From IMG/VR virus record IMGVR_UViG_3300006120_000024, positions 1 through 58,256 of that record: a stretch of DNA of 58,256 nucleotides. One strand, written 5' to 3'. Below are positions 44,500 through 53,411 of this stretch, in pieces. The stretch comes from a virus (taxonomy: Duplodnaviria; Caudoviricetes). A program made the translations under genes and the position numbers. The notes under the pieces were generated by a model. It worked only from the letters and a program-made list of their open reading frames with translations, ran no database searches and was not told the DNA's origin. The number at the start of each line of letters is the position of its first letter. The stretch's first letter is position 1.

Positions 44500-44841
44500 A
44501 TGGCAGATGTAGTAAAAGAAGCCTTAGCAGGCGAAGCTAAAGTTGGCGGACCACGCCAGCCAATGTTGCGTGAAGGTAGCAAGTTCTCTTCACCATCTTC
44601 AAAGCCCGCATCAGGCAAAGCTATGAAGCGCAAGAACGTTGCAGCAGGAGACCCAACCGTGGAGGCTAAGCCTGCACGTTCAAACACTCTTAATGAGCGT
44701 CATGGATCTACCTACAACATCGTTACAAATATCGTAAAGCAGAATGAGCCAGCAGCTTCAGCAACACTTATGAATGCTAAGGTCATTCCGTCAACAATCA
44801 AGCGTACCGCCGATAACTTCGGTGGCGGGATGCAAGACTAA
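44500..44841 (+). CDS. Hypothetical low-complexity basic protein
   Basis: Operon-direction ORF followed by a hairpin. Confidence 0.6.
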   Translation: MADVVKEALAGEAKVGGPRQPMLREGSKFSSPSSKPASGKAMKRKNVAAGDPTVEAKPARSNTLNERHGSTYNIVTNIVKQNEPAASATLMNAKVIPSTIKRTADNFGGGMQD

Positions 44842-44859
44842 CTAAAACGTACTATAATG

Positions 44860-44889
44860 AAGCTGGAGAGTAAAATCTCCAGCTTTGTT
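44860..44889 (+). terminator. Stem-loop, probable terminator
   Basis: AAGCTGGAGA-GTAAAA-TCTCCAGCTT then TGTT; TATAAT at 44853-44858 just upstream. Confidence 0.6.
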
Positions 44890-44906
44890 ATCTAATAGGG
44901 GGCAAT

Positions 44907-45143
44907 ATGTTAGAACAGCTATATGCTGAAGCAAAAGACGCACAAGCCAATGCGCTTAAGTTTTGCGTCGTAGGACAGTGGGCTAATACTCTTTTAGAGT
45001 CCGATCAAAAGGCATTTAATCTTTCATTGAATGATGATGACTTTTCATCTCGGGCTCTTTTTATTTTGTATAAAAATGTAGGTGCACCATTTGGATTAAC
45101 ATCGCTTAAAGAACATAGAAACGGAGCTTGTTCATGTCGCTAG
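44907..45143 (+). CDS. Small putative zinc-binding/HTH protein
   Basis: C.V....  and HR.G.CSC motifs; overlaps the phosphoesterase start. Confidence 0.65.
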   Translation: MLEQLYAEAKDAQANALKFCVVGQWANTLLESDQKAFNLSLNDDDFSSRALFILYKNVGAPFGLTSLKEHRNGACSCR

Positions 45144-46291
45144 AAGACGCATATAACTCGGCTAAAACTACTAATGATGCCAATAGCGCACTCAATTCTA
45201 TTGAGCGCCTACTTAAAAACAATGGCTTGACAGCAGAAGATGTTGGTAAGGTAAGTAAGGTAAGCCTTTCCAATAACCCTGACGATACTAAGATCATTCT
45301 CTCCCCTAAGTGGAGCGAGGGACCAAAGTGGCAGCCTGTACAACATGCTGCCCACGTAGTTATCGAAGCAAAAAAACCAACCCACACCCCTGCGCTGATA
45401 AGCAGTGGCTGGAAGGTTGCTGTTGCGTTGCCTGACCCACAGATCGGGTACCGTAAATATGAGGATGGGACACTGGATCCATTCCACGATGAGGATGCCA
45501 TGGATGTGGCACTTCAGGTTGTTGGGTTAGACCATGGTCACCCATTAGACCAGGTAATTAATCTAGGAGACTTTTTAGATCTACCTATGTATGGAACTTA
45601 CGAGCAGGAGGCTAACTTTGCACACACAGCACAATTGGCTATTGATCGTGGTTATCGTTTTCTTGCTGAGCAACGTGCTAACGCCGGGGTGGATGCGAGA
45701 ATTATCCTTTTGGAAGGTAATCATGACAAGCGCCTCAATCGTTTTATTAATAATAACGCTGCTGCTGCTTATGGCATCAAAGTAGCTGACATGCCAGATA
45801 GTTGGCCTGTACTCAGCCTACAAAACCTATTACGTTGCGATGAACTTGGAGTGGAGTTTATAGATGGTTACCCAGCAGCTGCACACTGGATTAACAAGCG
45901 TCTTAGAGCTATCCATGGTGATAGGGCTAATGCTTCGGGTTCTACTGCTGCTCAGTATGCAAATAGTAACCCCAACATTTCCACATTGTTTGGTCATACG
46001 CATCGCATGGAACAACAATCCAAAACTGTATTTGATCGTGACCAGGCGATTAAGAGTGTTAGCTTTAGTCCCGGATGCCTATGTCGCGTTGATGGCGCTG
46101 TTCCATCAGTTAAAGGCGGAGTTGATGTAAAGGGTCAGGCTCTTCAATACTTTGAGAACTGGCAGCAAGGTGTAAGCGTTATCTTCTTCAAAGATGGAGA
46201 AGATGACAGCTTTCACTTCGATCAAGTTCATATTCATAATGGTAAAACTATGTACCGTGGACAAGAGATTGTATCTACACGTAAGCAATAG
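45134..46291 (+). CDS. Calcineurin-like metallophosphoesterase
   Basis: PDPQ, GDFLD, GNHD, HG and GHTH motifs. Confidence 0.88.
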   Translation: MSLEDAYNSAKTTNDANSALNSIERLLKNNGLTAEDVGKVSKVSLSNNPDDTKIILSPKWSEGPKWQPVQHAAHVVIEAKKPTHTPALISSGWKVAVALPDPQIGYRKYEDGTLDPFHDEDAMDVALQVVGLDHGHPLDQVINLGDFLDLPMYGTYEQEANFAHTAQLAIDRGYRFLAEQRANAGVDARIILLEGNHDKRLNRFINNNAAAAYGIKVADMPDSWPVLSLQNLLRCDELGVEFIDGYPAAAHWINKRLRAIHGDRANASGSTAAQYANSNPNISTLFGHTHRMEQQSKTVFDRDQAIKSVSFSPGCLCRVDGAVPSVKGGVDVKGQALQYFENWQQGVSVIFFKDGEDDSFHFDQVHIHNGKTMYRGQEIVSTRKQ

Positions 46292-46305
46292 TTTTTAGCA
46301 ATACA

Positions 46306-46349
46306 AATAGGCCGGTGTCATGCACAATATGTGCATACGCCGGCTTATT
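46306..46349. other. Long (about 20 bp) imperfect hairpin between the phosphoesterase and the lysis cassette
   Basis: AATAGGCCGGTGT-C-ATGCACA-ATA-TGTGCAT-ACGCCGGCTTATT followed by TTATT. Confidence 0.65.
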
Positions 46350-46362
46350 TTATTGGAGAGAC

Positions 46363-46629
46363 ATGAGCTCAAGTACTATCAATATTCTGCAAGGTATTTC
46401 AGCAGCTCTAGCTATCCTAGGAGCTATCGGCTTTGCATTCCGTTGGGTTATTAAACACTACCTATCTGAATTGCGCCCAAATCATGGGTCATCTCTCAAT
46501 GATAAGATTAATTTAGAAATTATACCTCTCCTTAAAGACCTACGCGCCCACCAGGAAAAGATTGCTCTAAAGGTGGCTAAGCTAGAGGGCCGCTTCGAAC
46601 AGCACGTAGACGACGTAGAGGAAGAATAA
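46363..46629 (+). CDS. Single-TM membrane protein with coiled coil (lysis cassette)
   Basis: Hydrophobic N-terminus, L.PN.GSSL.D motif; SD GGAG before ATG 46363. Confidence 0.7.
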   Translation: MSSSTINILQGISAALAILGAIGFAFRWVIKHYLSELRPNHGSSLNDKINLEIIPLLKDLRAHQEKIALKVAKLEGRFEQHVDDVEEE

Positions 46630-47108
46630 TGTCTTACACGCCTCGTCCAGGAGACTATGGCGTAGTTAAAACTAACGGCATAGTTGCAAAGCTAATTCGT
46701 CTAGGAACCCTAAGCCGCTGGAATCACGCGGTTATTTGCATAGAGGGCGACCTTATTGTAGAAGCCCGCCCTATTGGAGTAAGCTTTGGCAAAGCTAGTA
46801 GCTATGACCATATTGCGTGGAACCAGCACGAAACTCTTACTAAAGATCAACGATCAAAGATCGTAGACTATGCAGTAGCACAAATCGGCAAGCCTTACGG
46901 ATTTCGAGATATTTTCACTATCTTCCTTCGTATACTGGGTTTACGTATCCCACCAGTAAAGCTATGGAATAAACTCTCAAAGCGTGAGGGATTTATCTGT
47001 TCAGAATTAGTTGCCGAGGCTTACGATACTGCAAGCTTCACACTTATTAACAAACCTCTTAATTTAGTAACCCCAGGCGATCTAGCAGAAAGGTTAATCT
47101 ACCAGTGA
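46629..47108 (+). CDS. Permuted papain-like amidase (YaeF/YiiX, C92-like)
   Basis: PGD, S.WNHA, EA, A...IGKPY, FICSELVA.AY and TPGDL; catalytic His precedes Cys. Confidence 0.85.
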   Translation: MSYTPRPGDYGVVKTNGIVAKLIRLGTLSRWNHAVICIEGDLIVEARPIGVSFGKASSYDHIAWNQHETLTKDQRSKIVDYAVAQIGKPYGFRDIFTIFLRILGLRIPPVKLWNKLSKREGFICSELVAEAYDTASFTLINKPLNLVTPGDLAERLIYQ

Positions 47109-47539
47109 CAGATGCACATAAGCAGAACATGAATCTACACTTGGCCGTATCCGTACCCGCGCATGAACCACGTGAATCTGACCCACACTATCATTTGTTT
47201 AACCAGGCTAAGGGCCGCATTAAAAAAGCTGGGTTGTGGAAATGTATTATTAATGATGATTTATGCTCAGGTCAGCCAGAGCTACATCACAGCCACATTG
47301 AGTTTAGTCAGATCAACAACATGGATCCAGCAAAGGTTGAGCAGGCTTTTGGTCTTCATTTTGAAAATGATGAAGAGTTCCAAGAGTGGATTGAAAGCCC
47401 AGGAAACCTAGAAGTTCTATGTGAAACCCACCATCGTACACGCTTTGGTATTCATGAGATTCCAGCTCCTCTATGGGAGACGTTTAGATATCGCAAGACG
47501 GGAACAGCTCCAGCTGCGGAGGTGTTAAAGAATGAGTAG
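47105..47539 (+). CDS. HNH-like zinc-binding protein
   Basis: C......C....ELHH...NL.VLC..HH....GIH. Confidence 0.6.
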   Translation: MTDAHKQNMNLHLAVSVPAHEPRESDPHYHLFNQAKGRIKKAGLWKCIINDDLCSGQPELHHSHIEFSQINNMDPAKVEQAFGLHFENDEEFQEWIESPGNLEVLCETHHRTRFGIHEIPAPLWETFRYRKTGTAPAAEVLKNE

Positions 47540-48404
47540 CGGATTAGATATAGTAAATATTGCACAGACGCAGATTGGGTTTATTGAAGGACCAAACAAC
47601 GATAACCCATATGGCAAGTGGTATGGAATTCCCAATGAGAGTTATTGCGCTATGGGAGTTAGCTGGGTGTTTGCCCAAGCTGGTCTCTCCGCTCTTGTTG
47701 CTGCGCAAACTGAAAAGGGCTTTGCATACTGCCCTGCAGGCTTGACATGGTTTCAAAAGAAGGGCCGTGTCGTAGGAAAGTACGAAGGACAACCAGGTGA
47801 TTTGGTGTTTTATAGCTGGGCAGGAAATGGGGTAGCAGACCATGTGGAAATTATTGAAGCTGCGTCTCGTGACGGTATTACGTGTATTGGATTTAATACC
47901 GGACCAGACAAATCAACTGGTAATCCTGCTAACGGTGACGGCGTATTTAGGGTTCATCGTCCCTATCTTTATGTCTTGGCTATCGTTCGTCCTGAGTATC
48001 CTGGCGCAGTTAAGCCATCTCAAACTAAAGCTGTAAACAATAAAGCACTGGCTACAGGTGTAGCTGGAGTAACAGCGCTTGGTGGTGCAGGAGCTGCAGG
48101 TGTTACTCATAGCACTACTCCTGCCAATACATCTAAAACTACCGTCATAGTTGCTCCACCATTTCCAGGTAGTGCGGTATTTAAGAAGCCCGGTGCTAAA
48201 GGAACTGCAGAGCTAATTGTTGCCCGTGCGCTTGCTAATGCCGGATTACTACCGGCAAACTTAGTATCAAATGTTTTGACTGATGCTGAGATCGCCCTTA
48301 TTCCAGTTTACCAATCAAGATACCCAGGTCTGGCAGCTGAGAAAAAGGCGGGAGTTTTGGGACCTAACACCTATCTATCTATGGCAGCAAAAGCAGGGTA
48401 CTAG
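47532..48404 (+). CDS. Endolysin: CHAP domain plus peptidoglycan-binding-like C-terminus
   Basis: YG.WYG...YCAMGVSW, PGDLVF..W...DHV.I, GFNT; C-terminal YQ....GVLGP.T. Confidence 0.85.
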   Translation: MSSGLDIVNIAQTQIGFIEGPNNDNPYGKWYGIPNESYCAMGVSWVFAQAGLSALVAAQTEKGFAYCPAGLTWFQKKGRVVGKYEGQPGDLVFYSWAGNGVADHVEIIEAASRDGITCIGFNTGPDKSTGNPANGDGVFRVHRPYLYVLAIVRPEYPGAVKPSQTKAVNNKALATGVAGVTALGGAGAAGVTHSTTPANTSKTTVIVAPPFPGSAVFKKPGAKGTAELIVARALANAGLLPANLVSNVLTDAEIALIPVYQSRYPGLAAEKKAGVLGPNTYLSMAAKAGY

Positions 48405-48733
48405 TGAAGCGTTTTCAAAAGATATCTGATTGGGCCTCTACTGCCTTTGGCTCACCATGGTTTCTTATCATACATATTGTCTTTTGGGCTATATGGATGA
48501 CCTTTGCGGTCTTTGACCCGTACCCATTTAACCTCCTTACGCTTACTGTTTCCCTGGAATCCATCCTGCTTTCTGGCTTACTTTTGAATGCGACTAACCG
48601 TTCGGGGGACGAAGACAGGCGTATTATTAGTAAAGATCTAAAGCTAGATCAAGCTACCCATAACCATATAGAAGAGCTACGACGCCACATATCTCTTATT
48701 ATGAACCATATGGGTGTTGACGATAACCGATAA
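48404..48733 (+). CDS. DUF1003-like membrane protein
   Basis: GS..F......F...W..FDPYPF.LL.L.VS.E.I.L..NR..DR. Confidence 0.8.
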   Translation: MKRFQKISDWASTAFGSPWFLIIHIVFWAIWMTFAVFDPYPFNLLTLTVSLESILLSGLLLNATNRSGDEDRRIISKDLKLDQATHNHIEELRRHISLIMNHMGVDDNR

Positions 48734-48760
48734 GATTGTTATACTCAAAGTGGAGGACAG

Positions 48761-48991
48761 ATGATTAAGTTAAATCTTAAGAGTCCAGTGTCTGTGGGAA
48801 TTGGAAGTTCAGCTGCGTTTAGTGCGTGGGCAGCTTCCGGTTTTTCACCGGACTTAAAGCATATTGGCTTAGCTCTATCTGCCGGATTGGCAGGAACAGC
48901 TCAACCTAGCTTCTCTTCTTCTCAGCCTAATGTTCAGGCTGAATCCCACATTGTTACACCTTACGTAAATAATGTAACACCTACAGAATAA
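48761..48991 (+). CDS. Small membrane protein
   Basis: Two small hydrophobic segments; promoter TGTTATACT at 48737-48745 and GGAGG SD. Confidence 0.6.
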   Translation: MIKLNLKSPVSVGIGSSAAFSAWAASGFSPDLKHIGLALSAGLAGTAQPSFSSSQPNVQAESHIVTPYVNNVTPTE

Positions 48992-49000
48992 GGAATATAA

Positions 49001-49297
49001 ATGCGTATTACAAACTCAGAAAAAGGTCTTGTCGAGCACTACGTCTATGCTACAGCCGCATCAGCAGCTCTTCTTTGGTACAAGGGTGGCGCAGCCAACC
49101 ATAACCTAAAGCATGTTGCATTTGCAGCAGTATTTGGCGTAATTGGCCCAGTTCTTGCTCGTGTTAACACCAAGGGTCTTGTATCTAAGCTTGCAAAGCA
49201 GGAGCACCTAGATGCAGCAACAACCGCAGGTCTAGTAACTGTTGCAACAGCTGTTCAGACCGATGCTGAAAAGGCGCTGGCTAACGCGGCTAAGTAA
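49001..49297 (+). CDS. Putative holin
   Basis: Two TM segments with a ..GP..R..N motif; end of the lysis operon. Confidence 0.55.
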   Translation: MRITNSEKGLVEHYVYATAASAALLWYKGGAANHNLKHVAFAAVFGVIGPVLARVNTKGLVSKLAKQEHLDAATTAGLVTVATAVQTDAEKALANAAK

Positions 49298-49312
49298 GTT
49301 TAACCAAGTAAT

Positions 49313-49345
49313 GAGCCGGGGATTACACCCCGGCTCTTTGCTTTT
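49313..49345 (+). terminator. Rho-independent terminator
   Basis: GAGCCGGGG-ATTACA-CCCCGGCTC-TTTGCTTTT. Confidence 0.85.
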
Positions 49346-49379
49346 AGGGGTATTATTAGGGGGTCTAAGGGAGCCCTAA

Positions 49380-49610
49380 ATGCTAACAGCTGGTCAATTT
49401 GATGATGACCCAGAAAAGATCCATAAGGATATGCATGATACTGCATGGCTATCTGATCGATCTGTAAGTGGTTCTGATGAAGATCTTAAATTTATGAAAG
49501 CGCATCATGAGGCCAGGGCTAAATACGAAAAAGTTACGGGAAAATCACCTATAATCTCTATAAATGATTTTGATAGTCCATTGTGTTCACATTGTGGGGA
49601 GATGTTTTAA
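49380..49610 (+). CDS. Hypothetical protein
   Basis: GGAG SD; His-rich with a terminal CxxC. Confidence 0.55.
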   Translation: MLTAGQFDDDPEKIHKDMHDTAWLSDRSVSGSDEDLKFMKAHHEARAKYEKVTGKSPIISINDFDSPLCSHCGEMF

Positions 49611-50155
49611 TGGCTGAGTCACATCAAAACTGGCAGTACCTTGGTGCTAGCGGTTATATTGGCGCGTACACAACTACTGGTGGAGGCGGTACTCCTGTCT
49701 CACCTCGTAGTGCCATGGACTTTCTTCGTATGGGTGTTGGTCGCGCCCCACAAGCAGAATATCCTGATGGCTACCTCGGCACAATTCGTACACGCCGTGA
49801 TGATAAAGGAAAGCCTTATGCAGTCTCAGATACAGTATTAGACTCATTAAAGAATCGTCAGAACCAACGTGCCTACCAACGCGGTGTTCACCGTGGAGAA
49901 CGTATTGACCCTGCCCAGTATATGTGGCCTGAAGATCTACAACCAGATCGTAGATTAAACAATCGTAACTTTAAGCTTGCTGATGTAGAAGGCGGGTTAG
50001 TTTATATGGGTAAGAGAAACGCACCTAAGATGTCTCTTGCTCCAGCACCACATCTTGTTAATGATGGTAAAGCTAACGTATCCTCTAACGTACCGGCTGA
50101 ATTTAACCCTCGCATTGCCCAGAACTTCACCCACCTATCACCACAATGGAAGTAA
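49610..50155 (+). CDS. Hypothetical protein
   Basis: TAATG coupling; P.AEYPDGYLGT motif. Confidence 0.7.
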   Translation: MAESHQNWQYLGASGYIGAYTTTGGGGTPVSPRSAMDFLRMGVGRAPQAEYPDGYLGTIRTRRDDKGKPYAVSDTVLDSLKNRQNQRAYQRGVHRGERIDPAQYMWPEDLQPDRRLNNRNFKLADVEGGLVYMGKRNAPKMSLAPAPHLVNDGKANVSSNVPAEFNPRIAQNFTHLSPQWK

Positions 50156-50158
50156 CAA

Positions 50159-50431
50159 ATGGCTACATTTTATGATCAAGAAAACGATGAAGGCGGAAGC
50201 TATGAGCCGGAGCATGTTGCGGCAGGCCCACAACAGAATTTAGGTCATGGACCAACATGTGATCACTGTAACGATGCGCTCCTGAATACCATGGAGAATT
50301 CCCGCCGCCGTGCAGCCACGTTTAGCCAAGCTATTAATAATCTTAAATCTTATAAAACAGATAAAGCAATCAATGTGCTTGCGGCTACTATTGATCGTAA
50401 GCCTGGATTTAATCCATCTAAGGATTCCTAA
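50159..50431 (+). CDS. Hypothetical protein
   Basis: Packed ORF with H..C..C. Confidence 0.55.
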   Translation: MATFYDQENDEGGSYEPEHVAAGPQQNLGHGPTCDHCNDALLNTMENSRRRAATFSQAINNLKSYKTDKAINVLAATIDRKPGFNPSKDS

Positions 50432-50793
50432 TGACTCAAAATGTAAATGGAGTTTATGACTACAGCAAGGGTCGTCCTATCACTAATGAGGACCCAGATC
50501 CTTCGCTACTTCGCTATGACTTCCTAGGGCCTTTTGCAAATGCACAAGAAGGCATGATGTCTAGGGCTCTTCTAGCTAACACCACCCCAGGCTCTATGCT
50601 TCAAGATATTGTTCGCCCACCGCTACCACAAGTTCAACTCTTCCCACCACGCTACGGCTACCGCACCCGTGAGCTGGGTGTTGCTGACGTTATGGACGTG
50701 AATGAGGAGTTCTATCCAACTCGTGTAGACTTTACCCGTGACCCTGCAGGCTACCAGGGCACAGCCCGTAACGTCTCTGAATCGGTTTGGTAA
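50431..50793 (+). CDS. Hypothetical protein
   Basis: TAATG coupling. Confidence 0.65.
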   Translation: MTQNVNGVYDYSKGRPITNEDPDPSLLRYDFLGPFANAQEGMMSRALLANTTPGSMLQDIVRPPLPQVQLFPPRYGYRTRELGVADVMDVNEEFYPTRVDFTRDPAGYQGTARNVSESVW

Positions 50794-50954
50794 TGGAAGA
50801 TACATCTACGCTAACTATCTATGATGGTACTGTCCTTTGTAAAAAGTGCGGGTACCCAATGACTCCTTTGGAGGCAATGTACAGCGATGACGGGCTCTGC
50901 CCATATTGCCGTAATCAAAAATACGAAAACCACGCCAAAAATAGAATGGCCTAG
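50793..50954 (+). CDS. Small zinc-finger protein (53 aa, not in ORF track)
   Basis: MEDTSTLTIYDGTVLCKKCGYPMTPLEAMYSDDGLCPYCRN...; TAATG coupling. Confidence 0.65.
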   Translation: MEDTSTLTIYDGTVLCKKCGYPMTPLEAMYSDDGLCPYCRNQKYENHAKNRMA

Positions 50955-50990
50955 GCTGACATACAGAAAATTTAAGGAGATACTTACACC

Positions 50991-51149
50991 ATGGCTAGAA
51001 CTAAGAGAGTTGCTAAGATTCTTACCCCAGACGGAGCACCTATGGACTATAAGGTCCAAAAGCTAAAGGTGAAGAAGCCTGAGGATAAGGTTAAGGAACA
51101 ACTTAAAGCTAAGGCAGCTAAAGGTCCACGTATTAAGAAGGCAAAGTAA
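50991..51149 (+). CDS. Small Lys-rich protein (52 aa, not in ORF track)
   Basis: AAGGAG SD; MARTKRVAKILTPDGAPMDYKVQKLKVKK... Confidence 0.6.
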   Translation: MARTKRVAKILTPDGAPMDYKVQKLKVKKPEDKVKEQLKAKAAKGPRIKKAK

Positions 51150-51319
51150 TGGACGTACTACAGAATCGTGCAGCACACCGCCGCGCATTTAGTTACAGCC
51201 GTGCTACATTATTTGGCCACAATGACGGAAACGGTATTCTTACAAATACTGTTCCTTCAGCTGGAGTACCGAACGTAAGTACTAACATAGAAAAGCCGGA
51301 GAATACAAATGAGAGATAG
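51149..51319 (+). CDS. Small hypothetical protein (56 aa, not in ORF track)
   Basis: TAATG coupling; MDVLQNRAAHRRAFSYSR... Confidence 0.55.
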   Translation: MDVLQNRAAHRRAFSYSRATLFGHNDGNGILTNTVPSAGVPNVSTNIEKPENTNER

Positions 51320-51533
51320 AATCGCCGCATACGTGCGAGATCGTAAGCAGGTTCGTGCTGATAAGGCAGGAATGAAAGCTCATCACGACATGATCAGGGC
51401 TTTGGGTGGCAACGCTTCAAACACTATTGATAGCTCTATGGCTTCCTATGATAAGAGCACGGGCATGTCCATGGGTACAGGCCACAAAGGAATTGTAGAT
51501 GGAATTCAATCAATTAAGCCGGAAGGAAACTAA
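51309..51533 (+). CDS. Hypothetical protein
   Basis: GGAG SD. Confidence 0.6.
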   Translation: MRDRIAAYVRDRKQVRADKAGMKAHHDMIRALGGNASNTIDSSMASYDKSTGMSMGTGHKGIVDGIQSIKPEGN

Positions 51534-51815
51534 ATGGCAACCAACGAATCGCGCTCTCTAAACCAGAGCCTATCAGAGGGATCAACTGACGGCAAGTACC
51601 GTAAGGTTCGCCCTAACACCACAGTAGCGCCAGGTACCGGGGAAGATATCGTAGAGGCTAACCGTCGCGATCTCAATCCTTACTGGAACTATGATTTTAT
51701 TGATCAAGAGAAGCCTGTAAAGGTAGAGCCAGGCAAGGCATCAGCTACATCTAAGCCACGCTCAGCTACACCAGTCGCACACATCTCTAACGATCAGATG
51801 CTGGGTACTTACTAA
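51534..51815 (+). CDS. Hypothetical protein
   Basis: Abuts the previous stop codon. Confidence 0.65.
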   Translation: MATNESRSLNQSLSEGSTDGKYRKVRPNTTVAPGTGEDIVEANRRDLNPYWNYDFIDQEKPVKVEPGKASATSKPRSATPVAHISNDQMLGTY

Positions 51816-51818
51816 GAA

Positions 51819-52115
51819 GTGGACGAAACTTCAGACAATGTAGTTAAGTTCCCAATGACAAGGGCCATGCGCTTTCGTCATGCTGTGAACAAAGCAAAAG
51901 AATCATTGTTTGAACCAGAGCAAGTAGAGTACGAACCAAAAGAGCGTGTTGAAGGCGCACTAGATGACCATCTAAGAGCAGCTCAAAACACTGAAGAGTA
52001 CAAAGCTATCCTTCCTAGATCTGAGCACTTTGAGACGGGACAGAACGAAGCTACCGTTCATCATATTAATGAAGGTAGAGAGATTAAACATAGAAGAGGA
52101 TTAGACAATGAATAA
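51819..52115 (+). CDS. Hypothetical protein
   Basis: Packed ORF, GTG start. Confidence 0.55.
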   Translation: MDETSDNVVKFPMTRAMRFRHAVNKAKESLFEPEQVEYEPKERVEGALDDHLRAAQNTEEYKAILPRSEHFETGQNEATVHHINEGREIKHRRGLDNE

Positions 52116-52308
52116 CCCAGCAGACCGCAGCAAGAACCGCCCTATTCACGCTCGCCGTGGTGGCATTGTCTCCTCTGAAGAAATCCTTGCTAACATTAAG
52201 GCAAGCGGAGTGCCTGATGACGATGAGACTACTGGCACAGAAGGTATCCGCAACAGTGCGTGGCTAAAAAGCCAGCATGATGCCGGTAAGCGTGTTGGAG
52301 ACCTCTAA
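52108..52308 (+). CDS. Hypothetical protein
   Basis: GAGGA SD; overlaps the previous ORF. Confidence 0.6.
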   Translation: MNNPADRSKNRPIHARRGGIVSSEEILANIKASGVPDDDETTGTEGIRNSAWLKSQHDAGKRVGDL

Positions 52309-53364
52309 ATGCGCAAGCGTGAGATACGCTCAATCCCAGCGGGATTTGATACTGAAAAGGGCCCTGAAGGGGAAGATGTAGTAGTTCCTAGATCTGCACA
52401 GCTTGCAGAGAATCTAGACTTCACTAAGAATAATCTTAAACCCTACAAGTCTGATATTAATTGTGAGGGTGCTGTTGGCTGTCCACAAAAGGCTAGCCAT
52501 TTTGTACAGCTTCCCGGTGTTTCACGTGAAGGTACTGAGGCATACTGCCCTACCCATACTAAGATGGCTTCAGAAGCTGCAAAGCGCAAAGGCCATACCG
52601 CACTGGATATTAGAATCAGCCCAATTACTGCAGGAAGCGTGCACAGCTTCAAGCACCTACGTGCAATCCAGTCTGAAGAGAATCGCCTACACGTTGTAGC
52701 AGGACTATTAAAGAGCGGGCTTCGTGGAGAAGATGCACAAGTAGCTGGATTTAGACATCCAGGAGGACGCCCTGTAAATCGTCCTGAAGGAGACTGGCCT
52801 GTGGAGCCTTCTGCTCCTCGCATGTCTGAAGAAGAAGCCGCAGACTATAACAAAACATTGGCTAAACAGCCTAAGAGTGACTTTGCAGATATCAAGCGTC
52901 CACGCCCACGTAAAGAGGTTGCTAAGGGCAGCTATGAAAAGCCAGGCCCACTTCCAGCATTGGGTGAGGGAGAAGGCGACATTGATTATGTATTGCGTTT
53001 ATATCGCTCCGGCAACAAAAACTGGATGTCAGAAGCTAACCGCTTGGGCATTCAAGATAGCCAGCTTAAGCCGCACGTACAAATCATTCCCCGGGGTTTC
53101 TCTAAAACATCAAATCGCAGTAAGACTGTAACTATTAAAGATCTTAATTGGACACCAAAAGAAGAACCACTACGCAGAGCTATTACAAAAGTTGGCGAAG
53201 AACAAGCTGAGGCTAATGCTGTAGAGTCAGAACAAAATACACAAGCGGGTAAGCAACGCGCCTTAGAAGCACGTCGTAGAAAGAAAGCAACGCTTCCACC
53301 ACCTAGTGGTCGTAAGGTACTCGAGCCTCGCCGTCGCCCTACAGATAAGCCCGAACTCCAGTAG
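52309..53364 (+). CDS. Hypothetical protein, largely low-complexity, with one C/C/C/H cluster
   Basis: CEGAVGC...YCPTH; Pro/Arg/Lys-rich. Confidence 0.65.
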   Translation: MRKREIRSIPAGFDTEKGPEGEDVVVPRSAQLAENLDFTKNNLKPYKSDINCEGAVGCPQKASHFVQLPGVSREGTEAYCPTHTKMASEAAKRKGHTALDIRISPITAGSVHSFKHLRAIQSEENRLHVVAGLLKSGLRGEDAQVAGFRHPGGRPVNRPEGDWPVEPSAPRMSEEEAADYNKTLAKQPKSDFADIKRPRPRKEVAKGSYEKPGPLPALGEGEGDIDYVLRLYRSGNKNWMSEANRLGIQDSQLKPHVQIIPRGFSKTSNRSKTVTIKDLNWTPKEEPLRRAITKVGEEQAEANAVESEQNTQAGKQRALEARRRKKATLPPPSGRKVLEPRRRPTDKPELQ

Positions 53365-53411
53365 TTCGCAATCTGTAGTACAATAAAAACGGAGCACACG
53401 AGAGGCGCAAA

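Noticed and set aside
44176-46291. Captured Bacillus-like recA-ymdB-spoVS operon
   Set aside because: The phosphoesterase lacks YmdB-type motifs (NGEN, HAEATSEK), and the gene order differs.
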